A stretch of 63,724 bases of DNA, the filler included, from Platydemus manokwari (Eukaryota), in the NCBI GenBank assembly GCA_037951405.1. It is 5 parts of 5 records of this genome, joined end to end, with 100 filler letters (N's around TTAATTAATTAA, not from the genome) between each part and the next. Parts side by side here need not be neighbours in the genome. Positions count along the whole stretch, not along the records: positions 24,638 to 35,966 come from JBBMOY010758870.1; positions 36,067 to 47,055 come from JBBMOY010994416.1; positions 47,156 to 63,724 come from JBBMOY011162546.1; 2 more parts are not named here. One strand, 5' to 3'. Position 1 is the stretch's first letter; each line of letters starts with the position of its first letter. Shown here piece after piece: positions 34,901 to 47,950 of the stretch. The position numbers and the translations under genes were made by a program. The notes below the pieces were generated by a model. It was not told the DNA's origin. It saw only the letters and a list, made by a program, of their open reading frames with translations, and did not search any database.

Positions 34901-35966
34901 GAGGAAGACAGAATATTTGAGAATTAGAGGTGAAGCATTTTACCATAAGAATGGAATTTATCGGTATATAATACCTCAATATGACATTAATACTTGTGTT
35001 AGAATGATCCACGAAACATTAGGACAGGTAGGATTGAGAAAACAAACTGAGTTGTTGAAAAGAAATTTTATAGGACATGCTGGTAGAAAGATATTCACAA
35101 ATACACGCATTAGTGTACTGATTGCTTATCGAATAAGGGCATTAATTTTGAAAATAGAACTAAATTGGAATCAATAATTTCAAATAAACTGTACGAAATT
35201 ATTTGTATCGATATTTCAGGGCCATATACTGATACAAAACAAGAAAACCGCTTTATACTAGGTATCAGATTAATTTTCCAAATATGTTTCGCTTATTCCA
35301 TTAGAGCATATCACTGCAAAAATGCAGTTTTGGCATTATGAAAAGACTGGGTGAGCAAATTTGCAGCTCCAAAATGTAAACACTTGGGCAATGGAACAAA
35401 TTTTCAATGGTAACTGAATAAAGAGAACATTTTCTTTCTAAAATTTTCTACCGTAAAATGGTCTAATAAAGTGCACTTTTAAGACAATGAAATGAATATG
35501 GATTACAGATGTCAACTCAAAAATCAGTGAAGTAATCGTACTTTGAGGTTACTTTCCGGAGAAAATCACGTCTATATATTAATGAGACAAAGATTTTATA
35601 AATCATTATAGGAAAATTTCGAAAGAAGAGTAAAGGTATAGTAAGTATCAGATATTGAAGCAGATAGAATACTGATGACATTATTACCATGAATTATCAG
35701 TTAATGAAACAGTAATGGTTGAAAATATGTTTGACAAACTATTTGGTGAAATATTTTTACGTAGATTAAAGATTTTAGAGAAATAAAATGCATCGACCTA
35801 TAAGCCTAATAGTGTGAAGCTGAAAAAAATTATTTCAAATAAATTTAGCCAAGTAAAGAAAATAAGAAATAGAGATGTTGCAGAAAGGAACATTGATACT
35901 AGTATTGGAATTACGGACAAGTGGGCAATCATCATTAATAGAAATGATGACTCTCAAAAGAAGACG
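31919..35966 (+). mobile_element. decayed Ty3/gypsy LTR retrotransposon (short 5' LTR ending 32046, PBS, gag-pol with many stops), cut by linker
   Basis: taca|TGGCGTCACGAACAG PBS; gag knuckle remnant CFQCGGHHLQR; RT RMSFGLCS and NRDDILIFG; RNase H ERVIAYASRILNKA; integrase HETLGQVG and ICIDISGPY in RT-RH-IN order. LTR start approximate. Confidence 0.9.
32047..32061 (+). promoter_or_regulatory. primer binding site complementary to a tRNA-Ser 3' end
   Basis: TGGCGTCACGAACAG is the reverse complement of CTGTTCGTGACG-CCA, recalled as the 3' end of a metazoan tRNA-Ser(CGA). Confidence 0.7.
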
Positions 35967-36066
35967 NNNNNNNNNNNNNNNNNNNNNNNNNNNNNNNNNN
36001 NNNNNNNNNNTTAATTAATTAANNNNNNNNNNNNNNNNNNNNNNNNNNNNNNNNNNNNNNNNNNNN
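35967..36066. other. artificial contig-joining linker
   Basis: 44 N + TTAATTAATTAA + 44 N. Confidence 0.95.
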
Positions 36067-36305
36067 ATTCATCATTATAATTATTAATAATATATAATTA
36101 ATATTTATATTCATATTATGAATATTTGCCTTAATTATTAATATAATATTTTTAACACTTATTTATTCTTTTCGTTCATTTTAAATGAATGGAAAGTTTA
36201 ACCGAAAAAGTACCACATTACAATTAACTATTACACCTTAGACAACACATAGATTAAGCAGCTGTGCGCAATAAAGTCAAAACATTATAGAAAAGCAAAA
36301 CCTAC

Positions 36306-39300
36306 ATTTATTATATCTAGCCAAATCGTCTCGCATAGCATCGTCTAATTTGTAAAATACTAGAAAAGTTTGTTCGAATTCTTTTAAAAAGCTTTTCCCG
36401 TAAAGAATCAAAACATATTCTTCCACTGATAAAGGAATAATGCCATTAATTAATTTTAGAATATCCAATGCAGAATTGGCTTCCATAACTTGCTTGTCTT
36501 GAAAAAAGAAATTCAATTTATTCCAGCGGTTTTACAATTTTCTAATTTTCTAACCATCATGATGTTTAGATTGCTGAACGATTATATCAAGTATGAATGA
36601 TTTCGATTGGTTTTCCGATCTCACAATTTCAGCATTTTCACCAAGCCCAAGAAGTATTTCTGACTTACCAATAGTAAAATCATCAGATCGAATAAATTTA
36701 TTGATTGAATCAAAATCTTCCAAAAGCCGTTTGATGTTCTCAGCTCCTTTAACGAATAATTCGATTCCGTTTTTATTAATCTATATGAAAATATACATTT
36801 ATAGACATTTCGAGAGATTTATATTATATTTTCTGTGTGAATATTTTTAAATGATTTAAAATTTTAAAGATTCAATTCAAATTTTATATGAAATTGTATT
36901 TATTTGTGTATATGACTGTATTTAAATTTGATTTTTCAGTTCGTTTACAATCCGTGCTTTATAAGATAGTAGCGGTATACATGGCGACCACTCACCTGGA
37001 TTCGATTAAGAGAAAATAAATGATTGATAATTAAAGAAGAGAAGGATGGATGATATTGAGAATATATAGATAATATATAAAGAAAATATAACGGAGATTT
37101 AAAGAATATATAGAGAAGATATAAAGGAAATATAAGTAGAGTATTCGAAACAAAGTCAATTAAGAATACAAAGAAAATCAAAAATTTTAAAAAAGAGGGG
37201 TGTTGGAATTTTCAATTGATTTAAATTTTCAAAGATTTAATTCAAATTTTATATAAACTTATATTTATATACATAATTTCGAGTCGTGACTTTTCAGATC
37301 GTTTCCAATACGCGCTTCATAAGATAATAGCGGCTTACAACAACGATGTAAGTTTAAAGACGAAATAAAAATATTTTTAAAATGTATTTCATCTTAACTT
37401 AATATCTATCAGTATAATATTATTTAAAGGCGTTCAAGATAAAATAATTCAGGAACTTATCCGTATTTGAATGTTTTCTAACCATGACAAATTTTTTATA
37501 ATTCATGATGGCGTATTTTATAAGCAGAGGAGTTTAATATATCGAATCAGAGATCATAAATATCAATGAATTTCAGTTCGAAAAGGTTTTCAAATAGTTT
37601 TGATAAAGAGTATTGAAAATATCACTTACATTATCAACAGAGATTATCATAATATGCTCATTTATATTCAAATACAATAATTTACGTTGTCCGATTCGTA
37701 ATTTTGAAGTAAATGTATGAGGCATCTTCTATCAAGATTATCGGTTATTTTGCCACCGTAATTGATATTACCAATTATATTATGCAACGCATCCCATTCT
37801 ACTATGCCGTTCTGTTTTATAAATCCCGGTAATTGCTTGATAGATATCTAATAACAACACAGAAACATCATTATTGTGAAACAAAAGTCTATAATTCCTA
37901 CTTCCAAATCAGAATCATTGAAATCGTAAGGCAAACTGAATCCCAGCGATCCGTAATTTCTTCTCTCCAAAACAGCAGCATTGAAAAGACAAAGACTGAA
38001 AATCATTTTCCGGATTTGTTCTGATTGACTATTAAATATTTCTTCCGTAATGCTTCCAGTGCCATCGAGAGCAAATGATTTCAGCAATTGATTCTTTATT
38101 CCTATTGGACTTTCTATGGCAATCTAAATGATAGATAATCATTTAACACAGATGTTTAACATTACAATAAAATAACTTTCAAAGAATTTTGAAGAATTCC
38201 TATTGGAAATTCCAAATGAGGATGAGTGCTGAGAATGAGTTTAAAATTAGGATCACCGTCCCGTTTGGATACTTGAAGGCTGAAAATATGTGAGAATATA
38301 TGAGCATACACACACGCACACACACAGACATAATTATAATAGTGCTGCAGCAACACACACTCGAATTAATAGAATTTATACAATATTTTCGAAGCTTAAA
38401 ATATTGAATTCTCAATGATGGGTCAAAATTTTAAATGGCAATGAAGAGTAAAAATATATTTTATCATTATTCTGTCAAATTATAATTATAAATTTACTTT
38501 TCAACTATTTTCTGAAAACTTGACATCCAAGATATCATCAGATCGCAATTCTGTAAAAATATCCATCGGCCTTTATGAATATTGGTCTTCTGAATCAATG
38601 ATTCTGCCTTGCTAGCTTGACCTCGACCCATAGAAATAATATCCAGATTGGATGCATTACCGCGCAATTCCGTTACCAGTTTCATGACATTGTTAATTGG
38701 ATCACTGTCTGTTGGAATAGATGGCTAACCATAAATGCAATTGACAAATCATACTTGCACCGAGAATGAAAATGATCGGAATTTTAGCATGGGTTTCACT
38801 GAAAAGCTTCAATAAATTTGATTCGGTAAATGAAGAGAATCGTTCACCGAGAACCAGTCTAACATATTCCCGAGCACAATCAATCAATTTGTATGAACAT
38901 AAAATCGAGATCAGAATTATTTTACCAAATCGATTCAGATTTTCAACTGCGAATTCTCCAAAATCGACTGGAAACATAAAAAATTTGATTAATATTTTAA
39001 AATAATATTTTGTTTAAATGAGTGATTGTAATATAGATAGCCATTGTAAGGATCGTGAAGGTTTGATGATTGAACCTTTGATAATTTCAAAAAGTATTCC
39101 ACAAAACCAATGGTTTCGGAATTCTTTCTATTCTTTGGTATTGATAAACACTACAAAACCATAAATTGGTAATTTACTCATTGGTGGATTCGATTACACA
39201 CTTATTTCATTTAGAATCACATTATCACTTGACCTTGAATACCCGTTGTAATTGGTCATTAAGTTCATATCAATATAATCTTCACAATTACAGATTCATT

Positions 39301-42300
39301 AATAAAAATGAAATAGAATTTCTTGTTTAAATTTATAAATTAATATTTAAATAAATATAACCGAGTTGAATAAATATTAATGTGTTACATTTTGTCATAT
39401 CTAATGGATTGTTACTCAAATGCCACTCGATCCACGATTGGGGTTTCAACAATAAGCTCTCACACAAACCAACAAATTTATTAGCCAGCTGGATTTCTAA
39501 ATATTTGCATTTATTCCAAAGCTCAGTGGATAACCATTCGATTTGATTGGATTGACTTACCAATTGTCCATTGGCATTATATATCTGATGAAAATCAATG
39601 ATTTATCACGATTTTTCAATTTAAACATTCGGTTTGTTAAAACAAAGAAAAATACTTTCAGATTTTCGCCATAAACTGCTGACGTTGTGTGGAGTTTTAT
39701 AAAAGTAGACCACTCATCATGGCTAATCGAGTTCTCGTCAACATTTTCCGAATATCGCATTATATTGGTACACAACATAAATGCAAACAAAGGTTTATGA
39801 ATGCTAAATAAACCATGAGAAGCTAACTGGAAATATAATCAATTTAAAAATAATATATAAATAAAAACAAATTTGTACATGATATGATTGATAAGTTAGT
39901 GTTTCGATGATTTTATTAAGTTTGGTTTGTTGGAACGATTGAGAATCATTAGCGATTAAAGCCATTTCATTATTCACTCGATCGGCACATTCGATAAATA
40001 AATTTTGAAACCATGACAACGAATATTGATACATATAATTGACAACAGCCAAATCAGCAAGAACGAAATAGATTTGAGCTCCTCGAATAGCTAGTGGCAG
40101 ATAGAACTAGAAATATGATGTTTAAAAATTTATCTTACTAATACTAATGGTAACGATAAAATACCAAAAAAGAAAGGCGCCAGGGGAATCATTAAAGACC
40201 AATGATATAATAAAACAATCAAGACAAAAATATATGAAAATTAAATGAAAACAAGACTTAAAAGATGAAGATTAGAGTTCTCATAAGTTTACAATAAAAT
40301 CCTTTATAATATTTTTACCTCTCGAGCTATTTGGAGCTGTTTTTCTGCTTGCAAAGTTTCACTTAAACGTTTCTTAATATCTGCAGCAGTGGATTTGCTT
40401 TTTTCCAAATTCTGAGCTAGTTCCGAATCATTAACAATACTCTCAGTGGTACTTTGAAGCAATTCCAGCGTTTTGTCTTCCAAATTTCGAAGACTTTCCA
40501 AATCCGTTGCATAGGTTCTCAAAAATTGATTCCTTTCTTGTTCGATTTCCGGACGTTCCTGAAATGTTGTAAAACATGTGTTGTAAAACAATTTAAAAAT
40601 TAAAATTATAAATTAAATCAGAAAAAGATTTTCTAATTTTTAAAATTATATAGAATGAAGTTATTGTGGGTCAATGAATACGGATTGGTGAATTTGATTC
40701 GATGAGATTCTATTAAAAATTTCTGCATTATAAAGATTAAAGAACATTCTAAACTATTTTCAAAAAGCTAAACCAAACCCAACTTTGTAAATCTAATTAA
40801 GTCTATCCATGGAACACAACCTCAACCTCTTAATGAATGAGTGATTTATCATTTGAAGCGCTAAATAAAAGATAGTTTGGATATTTAAAACCATTTTCAA
40901 AAATCATGATACACTGGACACTAAATAAGCCAGTCATCTCATTTTAAAACCACTATCCCATGCATGTAAAATCTTTCAAAAAACTTGTGTAGACACACAC
41001 AAACACATCATTACAAAGGATCAACCACTTTATGATTTTATAATTTAGTTTCCCTTAGTCAGAGGTTGAAATTACTTTGTTGTGATTTTATTGGCTTCAA
41101 ATGAATTTGTGATTTGAATTGATTATGTATTAAATAATAGAGATATATTATATCCAATCAAACTTTTCATAATCAAAACTATAAGCTTTTAATATTGATT
41201 GTATTTGGTAGAACCAATATAAAGCTCATCCGTCCACAATTGGATTGCAATTAAATTTCTCGTCCACATTCAAAAAACGTCAATACAAACAAACTAAATC
41301 AAAATTGGGTGTGAGGGATTTCCCCACCGTGTCGTGCAGATAATGTTTTTATGAGTAATAAATATAGACTTTTTTATATATCGATAATATTAATAGATTG
41401 GATCTATTAGAGATTAGTGAATGTAGTAAATTGAATACAAAATTGCCACAAGTGTGATCGGATTTAGCAATTTAACATCCAATGAGTGTGATATTTTAGA
41501 AAAAACATTATAAACAATACAATAAATATATTGGGAATCATCTAAAAGGTCTAACCCATAAAACAGAGAAAAATATCTTAAGGCCTAACAAAGTTTTCCA
41601 ATTTTTGTAAAATTATAACAGTATTTAATATATTTACCTTGCTAACAATCAATGATAACAGTTGCTCTTGAAGGCCATACATATTAACAGTGAAATTGAC
41701 AATAGTAATAAGTCTGTTGACAGATGATGCCAATTGGGGATTCGCCAAAGATGACATCAGATAAAGTCTAAAAATTTATAATTATAAAGGCCTCATTACA
41801 AATTTCATAATAGAAAAATATTTTTATGTTTCCTCACTTGAAGCTGGGGCTATATTCCAGTTCGTTATCACCCAATCTAATAACCATTACATTTCCTTTC
41901 CTATATAATTCATGCCTTAATAATGGGGTTAACACCGGATCAATCGATGTTTCTATATCCTCCAGACATATTATATCACCCACTCTAATTGCTCTTTCGA
42001 GGCTTATAATGTAATCTTTTTGTTTACAACTTACAGCCTTAAATGATTCTTTGAAAGTCGACTGAAGGAATCTATAATCAATCGTAAATAAATCTCTCAA
42101 GATTAAGAACTACTCAACCGTTTCCCTTGTTTCTGAGGATCAATCAATAATGGCCATTTCTGAGATTTTTCAATGATCGCAACATTTTCTGCCATACCTT
42201 TATCCCTCGGTAGACCATTATTGTGCCAATTTAACACTTCATAAGCCGAAAATTCAAACTCAACAAATTTATAATTTTCAGGAATATCAATTGATTTGTT

Positions 42301-42786
42301 TGTCAAAAGATCAATCCACAACTTGCGTGCATCTTCACGATACGTTGTTGTCCAAGAACCCGTGAATGCGGTATAAGCTGCTGAAATAACACAACTTCCA
42401 ATGATATTTTGCATTGATTGATCACAATCTGCGATGCCACTGTGCCATCGATCCTGATTGTATTATATCTCATGATTTAGATAACATGTATTATTATGAG
42501 GATTTCAATATCAAATAAATTTTAGAGATCATAATGAATGATAAATATATTGATATTGAAAAATACAAATGTTCAAGTTAATTTGTTAGAATAATTAGAT
42601 GAAATATACTTTTATGTCTTGAAGTTATTATATTTGTTTTCAATTCACACAGCATTTCCCCTCCTAACCGCCACTTTTAGGGAATTGGAAAATTGTGGCG
42701 ATTAAGAGAAATAGGTGGTTAGGAAGAGGAATTATTATTATTATTGTTAAATTTATTATTATTTTTATTATTAATATTATTATTAA

Positions 42787-42837
<51 letters not shown>

Positions 42838-45800
42838 GCAGAATTTCTATAAGTACGAACTATTCACATTTTAAGCATTTTTGAAAAGAAATCCTTTCAA
42901 CTACATTTTCGCTCACTTAAGAACATTATAGAGTCTCGAGTCTATTGGTCAATAGGCATTTTAGTCTCTAACTATCACATACTGATAATTGTAGCGAGAG
43001 AATAAACTTATAAATTCAACTACTGATTATCTATCAATGTCATCAAATACAAATATTTAACTTTTTCTGATTGAAGTGCTTCGATTAATGCAGCAGCTCT
43101 AACCAATCGCTGATTGGTGATTTCAACCCGCTCTTTCAGCTCCATTTGTTCTTCGAGACTGTTTTGATATTTATTATCCAAATTCTTGATATGATCTTCC
43201 ACCTAAATTATCCAAGAAATTGTGTTAATTTTTCCAGAGAAATAGATAGGATAATCAATAATCATTACAATCTGAAATCAATAATAAACCAAGGCTTTTC
43301 AATGCAAATGAAAATATATTTTAAAAACATTAAAATGAAAGTTAACTAGTATTTTACTTTTTAATTTTAATCATATTAACATTATTATTTTTTACTAATT
43401 TTTTATTATTATTAAAAGCAAATCATAATAATTTTATTTTAAAAGAGTATTAAAAACACTTGTTTTAAAATATTGGTAATCACAAATAAACATTTTTAAA
43501 CTTAGTNNNNNNNNNNNNNNNNNNNNNNNNNNNNNNNNNNNNNNNNNNNNNNNNNNNNNNNNNNNNNNNNNNNNNNNNNNNNNNNNNNNNNNNNNNNNNN
43601 NNNNNNNNNNNNNNNNNNNNNNNNNNNNNNNNNNNNNNNNNNNNNNNNNNNNNNNNNATAATAGAATTGGTGCGGATTTAAAAATCAATTAATATTCAAA
43701 CGAACATTTGAGAAAGAAAATCGACTGATATTAAAAAAAAACTATAAATGATCAATTTAATTTGCTTGAATATTTTTATTAAATATACTTTATGGTTTGA
43801 AGTTCTTAGATTCGTCTACACCCAACATGACGACCTCACCATTATATTTAATTCTAAGAATATCGATTCCAATAAAACATAGAAGAGTTGAATTTTAACA
43901 AGAAAACATCAAGTACAAGAATAAAAGACTTACCACATAAGCAAGACTCGATAAAATAGATTGGAGAAAGGAATTAAGCATATTTATAATTAAATAACCA
44001 TACACAGTAGAGAAGACACACATGTCATTAGAGAAAATTACACAGAAAATAAGTAGAGAACTCGCTAATAGAGACAGCTAGGAAAATCAGAGATTTAAAA
44101 GATAGGTGAGCATTTAAAATCAATTAATAAATTGATCATTTTAAATAGAAAATATATTTAAATTAAAAAATATAACTTATCAATTCAATTTGTTTGAATA
44201 TTCTGATAAATAAGAATTTTCTGGGTTGAATTTCTTAAATCGTTGTTCAATTCATATTTAATAAAATAACTTCAGATAGCAATATTATTATTATTATTAT
44301 TATTATATTTCGTAATTTTTTGTCAATTTATAAACACAACTTTTTTTAATTGACTCTGTTTCCATTCCAATTTTTGCCTGGATAACTCTAATGCCTTTTT
44401 AGCTTCCTCAACAGTCTTTCTTTTAGGTATAACCATCTGTAAAATACGTCAAAGTTATGGTTTGGAAGCTGTAATATCATTTATGCACTCACATTATTCA
44501 CTGAATAATAATGCTCAATTGCTAGAACCCATTGACAAATCGATTTGCATGCTGCCGACACATATCCCACCGATTCTGGATTAAAATCTTGTTGCTTAAT
44601 ATAATGCCTCAAATCTCTGCACATCTAAATGATATTAAAATAATTATAATTGTAAAATAACGAATTGAAACTTTTATTCATAAGACATTTATAACGATTG
44701 AATTACACAGGTACATCGTATTAGGAAAATAATTGCAAAATCTAGACCTACGTTACCATGGCATTTTTGTCGATGATTTTTAAAAGACTTATTGGAGTTA
44801 AAATTTCAAAAAGTCAACTGAAATTATAAGATCGTTTGTAGTTGAATAATTTTCTTACCTGATTGGTTTTGTAGAAAGACAATCAACTAAAATGACATTC
44901 ATAACGCTTAATCATCTAAATTAAGAGCTTTTCTTAGATTATTGATGTTGATCAATATATTCAATGAAAAAGTGAAGAGAAATTAATTTTGAGTTTGACC
45001 TCACTTATTAAAATTTTGATATAGTAAACTGTAGTTGATAACATTTTAAATTCTGATCTTCTCAAAATATTTTGATTTCTCTAAATTCACGGTCTTTCAC
45101 TAACAAGTTGTGAGGAAAATTTAAAGGAATAAATTTAATAATAATTTTAAAATGAAATATTGACATTAAAAATTTATTTAACATTTTATAAATTAAAATT
45201 TTAATTTATTTAAAAATTTTTTAATATGATGTGATTTTTAAATCATTTATATATAATGCTATGCCTGATTAAGAATGGTCATAAAAGAAGCTCACTGGAA
45301 AAGATTTTAAATTGTTTAACAATGTTTAATTTGTTTAGAACAATAAAATTTACGAAAATCTTCTAAATGAATACTTCTCGACGAATCTCCAACTTTGAAT
45401 AAGGTAGATATCATTGACATAAGTGATAAATAATATGATTCGAGAATTAAAAGCTTTATCGAGTATTTGAAGATCGAGTAACATCGATTAGACACATATG
45501 TAACTCTCAGATAACTTGATTACTTTGTATCGCATTTGTTATAAACACAAAATAGAATGAAGAATGAAAACGAAATGGATAACCCTCACTACAATGAAAT
45601 AGCCAATGGTAAGTTCTGTCTTGCTTTAATTGTCATACTGTAAAGATATCATCAATTAACCAAATTGAGCTACATTAAATCTGTGATAAATTTTAAATAT
45701 CATGTGAGATGAAAACAGAATTTCCCCCACTGAATGATTGATAGGTTATTCAGTCATGTTCAATAAAAAATATTTTATCTCCAACTACTGTTATATGGGA

Positions 45801-46459
45801 TTGATAAGTTCTCCAATAAATTAAATCACCTTGTTGGTTATACTATCTTTATCATAATTCAGCAATCGCGACAGAAAATTAGGATCACTGAGAAGTAATT
45901 TTGCATTTGCCCAACTCGGAACCACTGACATGAGAACACAAACTGCACTCATTACAATTTCAACCAATCTTGGTGGATTTCTGTAGACACGAACCTAGTT
46001 ACAAGACATCATTTATATACTTAAAATATTTGAGAAAAAATTAATTTAAAATTTTAATTTATTAAAATATATAAAACCTCAGAAATCGATGCTTTATCCA
46101 ATGAATCCAATGCCTTGATTGAAGCATCGAGAATCGGTATTACCGATAATAAATCTTTTTCACAGTCCTCAGAATATTTCTCTACGGCTTCAGTTTCCAG
46201 CTTAATAACCTCTTCTTCATCTCTAACAATTTCCTCGATTTCAGAAACAAGTTTCTTGTCTTCTTGCATTTTCATCAAAATCTTTTCCGTTTCCTGATCG
46301 TATGCAGCGTAAACGATTCCAACATAAATAATACATTAATAATAAATTACTTCTGATTTTTCTTTGATTTTCGGAGTTAATTCGATGAGATCTTCTTTCA
46401 TTTTAGCAATTAAAGCTTTTGTATCGGTTAATTGACTGAGACCATTTAAAAGTCGTTTT
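36306..46459 (-). CDS. DNAH14: axonemal dynein heavy chain, DNAH14-like (DNAH6/14 group), partial: stalk, MTBD, AAA5, AAA6. Exons 46459-46351, 46293-46078, 45994-45830, 44624-44493, 44436-44341, 43202-43062, 42453-42119, 42071-41838, 41767-41638, 40558-40319, 40106-39879, 39826-39656, 39584-39389, 38967-38755, 38708-38498, 38279-38177, 38123-37902, 37847-37686, 36780-36555, 36497-~36306
   Basis: All exons GT-AG and phase-consistent; motifs [84 protein letters not shown]. Dynein call is firm; the paralog assignment rests on recalled similarity (about 0.65). Confidence 0.9.
36836..37339 (+). mobile_element. TRIM-like miniature LTR retroelement (LTR 36836-36981, PBS from 36982, PPT to 37200, LTR 37201-37339) in a dynein intron
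   Basis: Two diverged direct repeats with TGT...ACA ends; TGGCGACCACTC right after LTR1; aaaaaagagggg right before LTR2; 219-bp non-coding purine-rich interior. No TSD found. Confidence 0.85.
42654..42732. repeat. small inverted-repeat (MITE-like) remnant
   Basis: tcctaaccgcc ... ggtggttagga inverted arms. Confidence 0.45.
42731..42836 (+). repeat. (ATT)n microsatellite
   Basis: Imperfect then perfect att run. Confidence 0.9.
43507..43657. other. sized assembly gap (151 N) inside a dynein intron
   Basis: N run; dynein reading frame is continuous across it. Confidence 0.95.
43669..44274 (+). mobile_element. second, more decayed TRIM-like unit (LTR ~43669-43827, LTR ~44105-44274) in another dynein intron
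   Basis: Direct repeats; aaca|TGACGACCTCACC matches the PBS region tggcgaccactcacc of the first unit; 3' interior taagtagagaactcg..gaaaatcagagatttaaaa matches taagtagagtattcg..gaaaatcaaaaattttaaaa. Confidence 0.7.
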
Positions 46460-47055
46460 CTAAAATACAAATGATAAAAGTAATCATTCTAATAATATTT
46501 ATTAGTGAAGTTATTTATAAAAAACGAATGTAGTTGATTTTTCAAAGAAATATAAATCATATGCTGATAGATATGCGTGAATTCATTTTCAAAAAATTAT
46601 GAATAAATCTCTGCGAATTATCGTTTAGCAGTAAATACCGATGATACATTGTCTTTGAACAATTCTTGAATGATTCTCAGAGCATTTTGAACATTGGAAT
46701 ATCTTAGTAATTTATACAATATTATATGACGAAAACAAATGATTAAACATCGTTAATAATTTGTCATCCCAGGAAATTAAAATAAACCAGCTTAGATTGT
46801 AAATAAAATCTGATAATCTACGCAGTCCCAACACTATTTCTGCAATTATCTAATATAATAACAAAACTGCTATTATTATTACCAAATATGAAATCAACCA
46901 TCTATTTTCTGTAGTGCTCATTTAGATTTAAAAAGAAATTTTAAAGATTAAACACTAAATTTTAAAATTTCTTTATCCGAACTGACTTAATATTCTAAAA
47001 TCCATCATTGACTGTTCTTGATTTCATGTGATTTATCTTAATAAGAATCATCTTA

Positions 47056-47155
47056 NNNNNNNNNNNNNNNNNNNNNNNNNNNNNNNNNNNNNNNNNNNNT
47101 TAATTAATTAANNNNNNNNNNNNNNNNNNNNNNNNNNNNNNNNNNNNNNNNNNNN
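47056..47155. other. artificial contig-joining linker
   Basis: 44 N + TTAATTAATTAA + 44 N. Confidence 0.95.
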
Positions 47156-47399
47156 ACTAAATTGTTATTCTAACTTTTCAATTAAGATATTTTGGAATTT
47201 TTTAACTTTACTGTTTAAAATTTATTATTATTGCCACTACTGCTGTCGACTAAAACTATCAATTATAAAAAGAAAGATAAAGATAAAAAATGAATTATAA
47301 GTTATATTCAGGATATAATCCAACGTTTTTACACTTTCATAAAAATAACTACTTTTATACATCAACAAAATTTTCATGCAAAGTAAATAAAGTAAATTT

Positions 47400-47950
47400 T
47401 CCCAAACCCCAACATATATATATATATGGCCCGAAGCGATCTTAAAATCGAAATCGAAGACAGAATGTGTACGATTTGAGATAGAATATGATTGAAAATA
47501 AAATAAAGCAGGAAGCTTAAGATAAAAAAGCGAAACTACATAAATTCAATATAAGAGACAGAGTAAGAGGATTGTCTCCAAAGGTACAGAGAACATTTAA
47601 AGGACTATATACGATCAAAAAAGTAACTCCAATAAATTTGTAGTTAAAGCAGAAAGGACCAGCAGGACCTTTAATTGTCCATGTAAATTGATGCAAAAGA
47701 TCTTCGGAAATGAAGGCTAGTAGAAATAAACTATTGTCCCTAACACAGACAAGCAACAGTTGTCTTTGGGAAAAGTATGAAGCTACATAAATGATTTTGG
47801 ATACCATTATACTTGGTAACACTAATGACGAGTACAAGCACCCAAGAATTTACGAAAATGCCACAAATTCGCAGAAAATAGATTCAACAAGAATCACTAC
47901 GTATTGTGATTACAAGTAGGATAAAATTGTGTCTATGTCATTGTTTTTAA
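47400..47950 (+). mobile_element. internally deleted Ty3/gypsy remnant (LTR end, PBS-like TGG, integrase C-terminus)
   Basis: 47521-47700 reads DKKAKLHKFNIRDRVRGLSPKVQRTFKGLYTIKKV...IVHVN*CK, the GPY/F module; ccccaaca-(ta)n-tggcccg upstream. Confidence 0.65.

Noticed and set aside
36945-37181. 78-aa hydrophobic ORF within the TRIM
   Set aside because: Antisense reading of a purine-rich tract; no equivalent ORF in the second unit.
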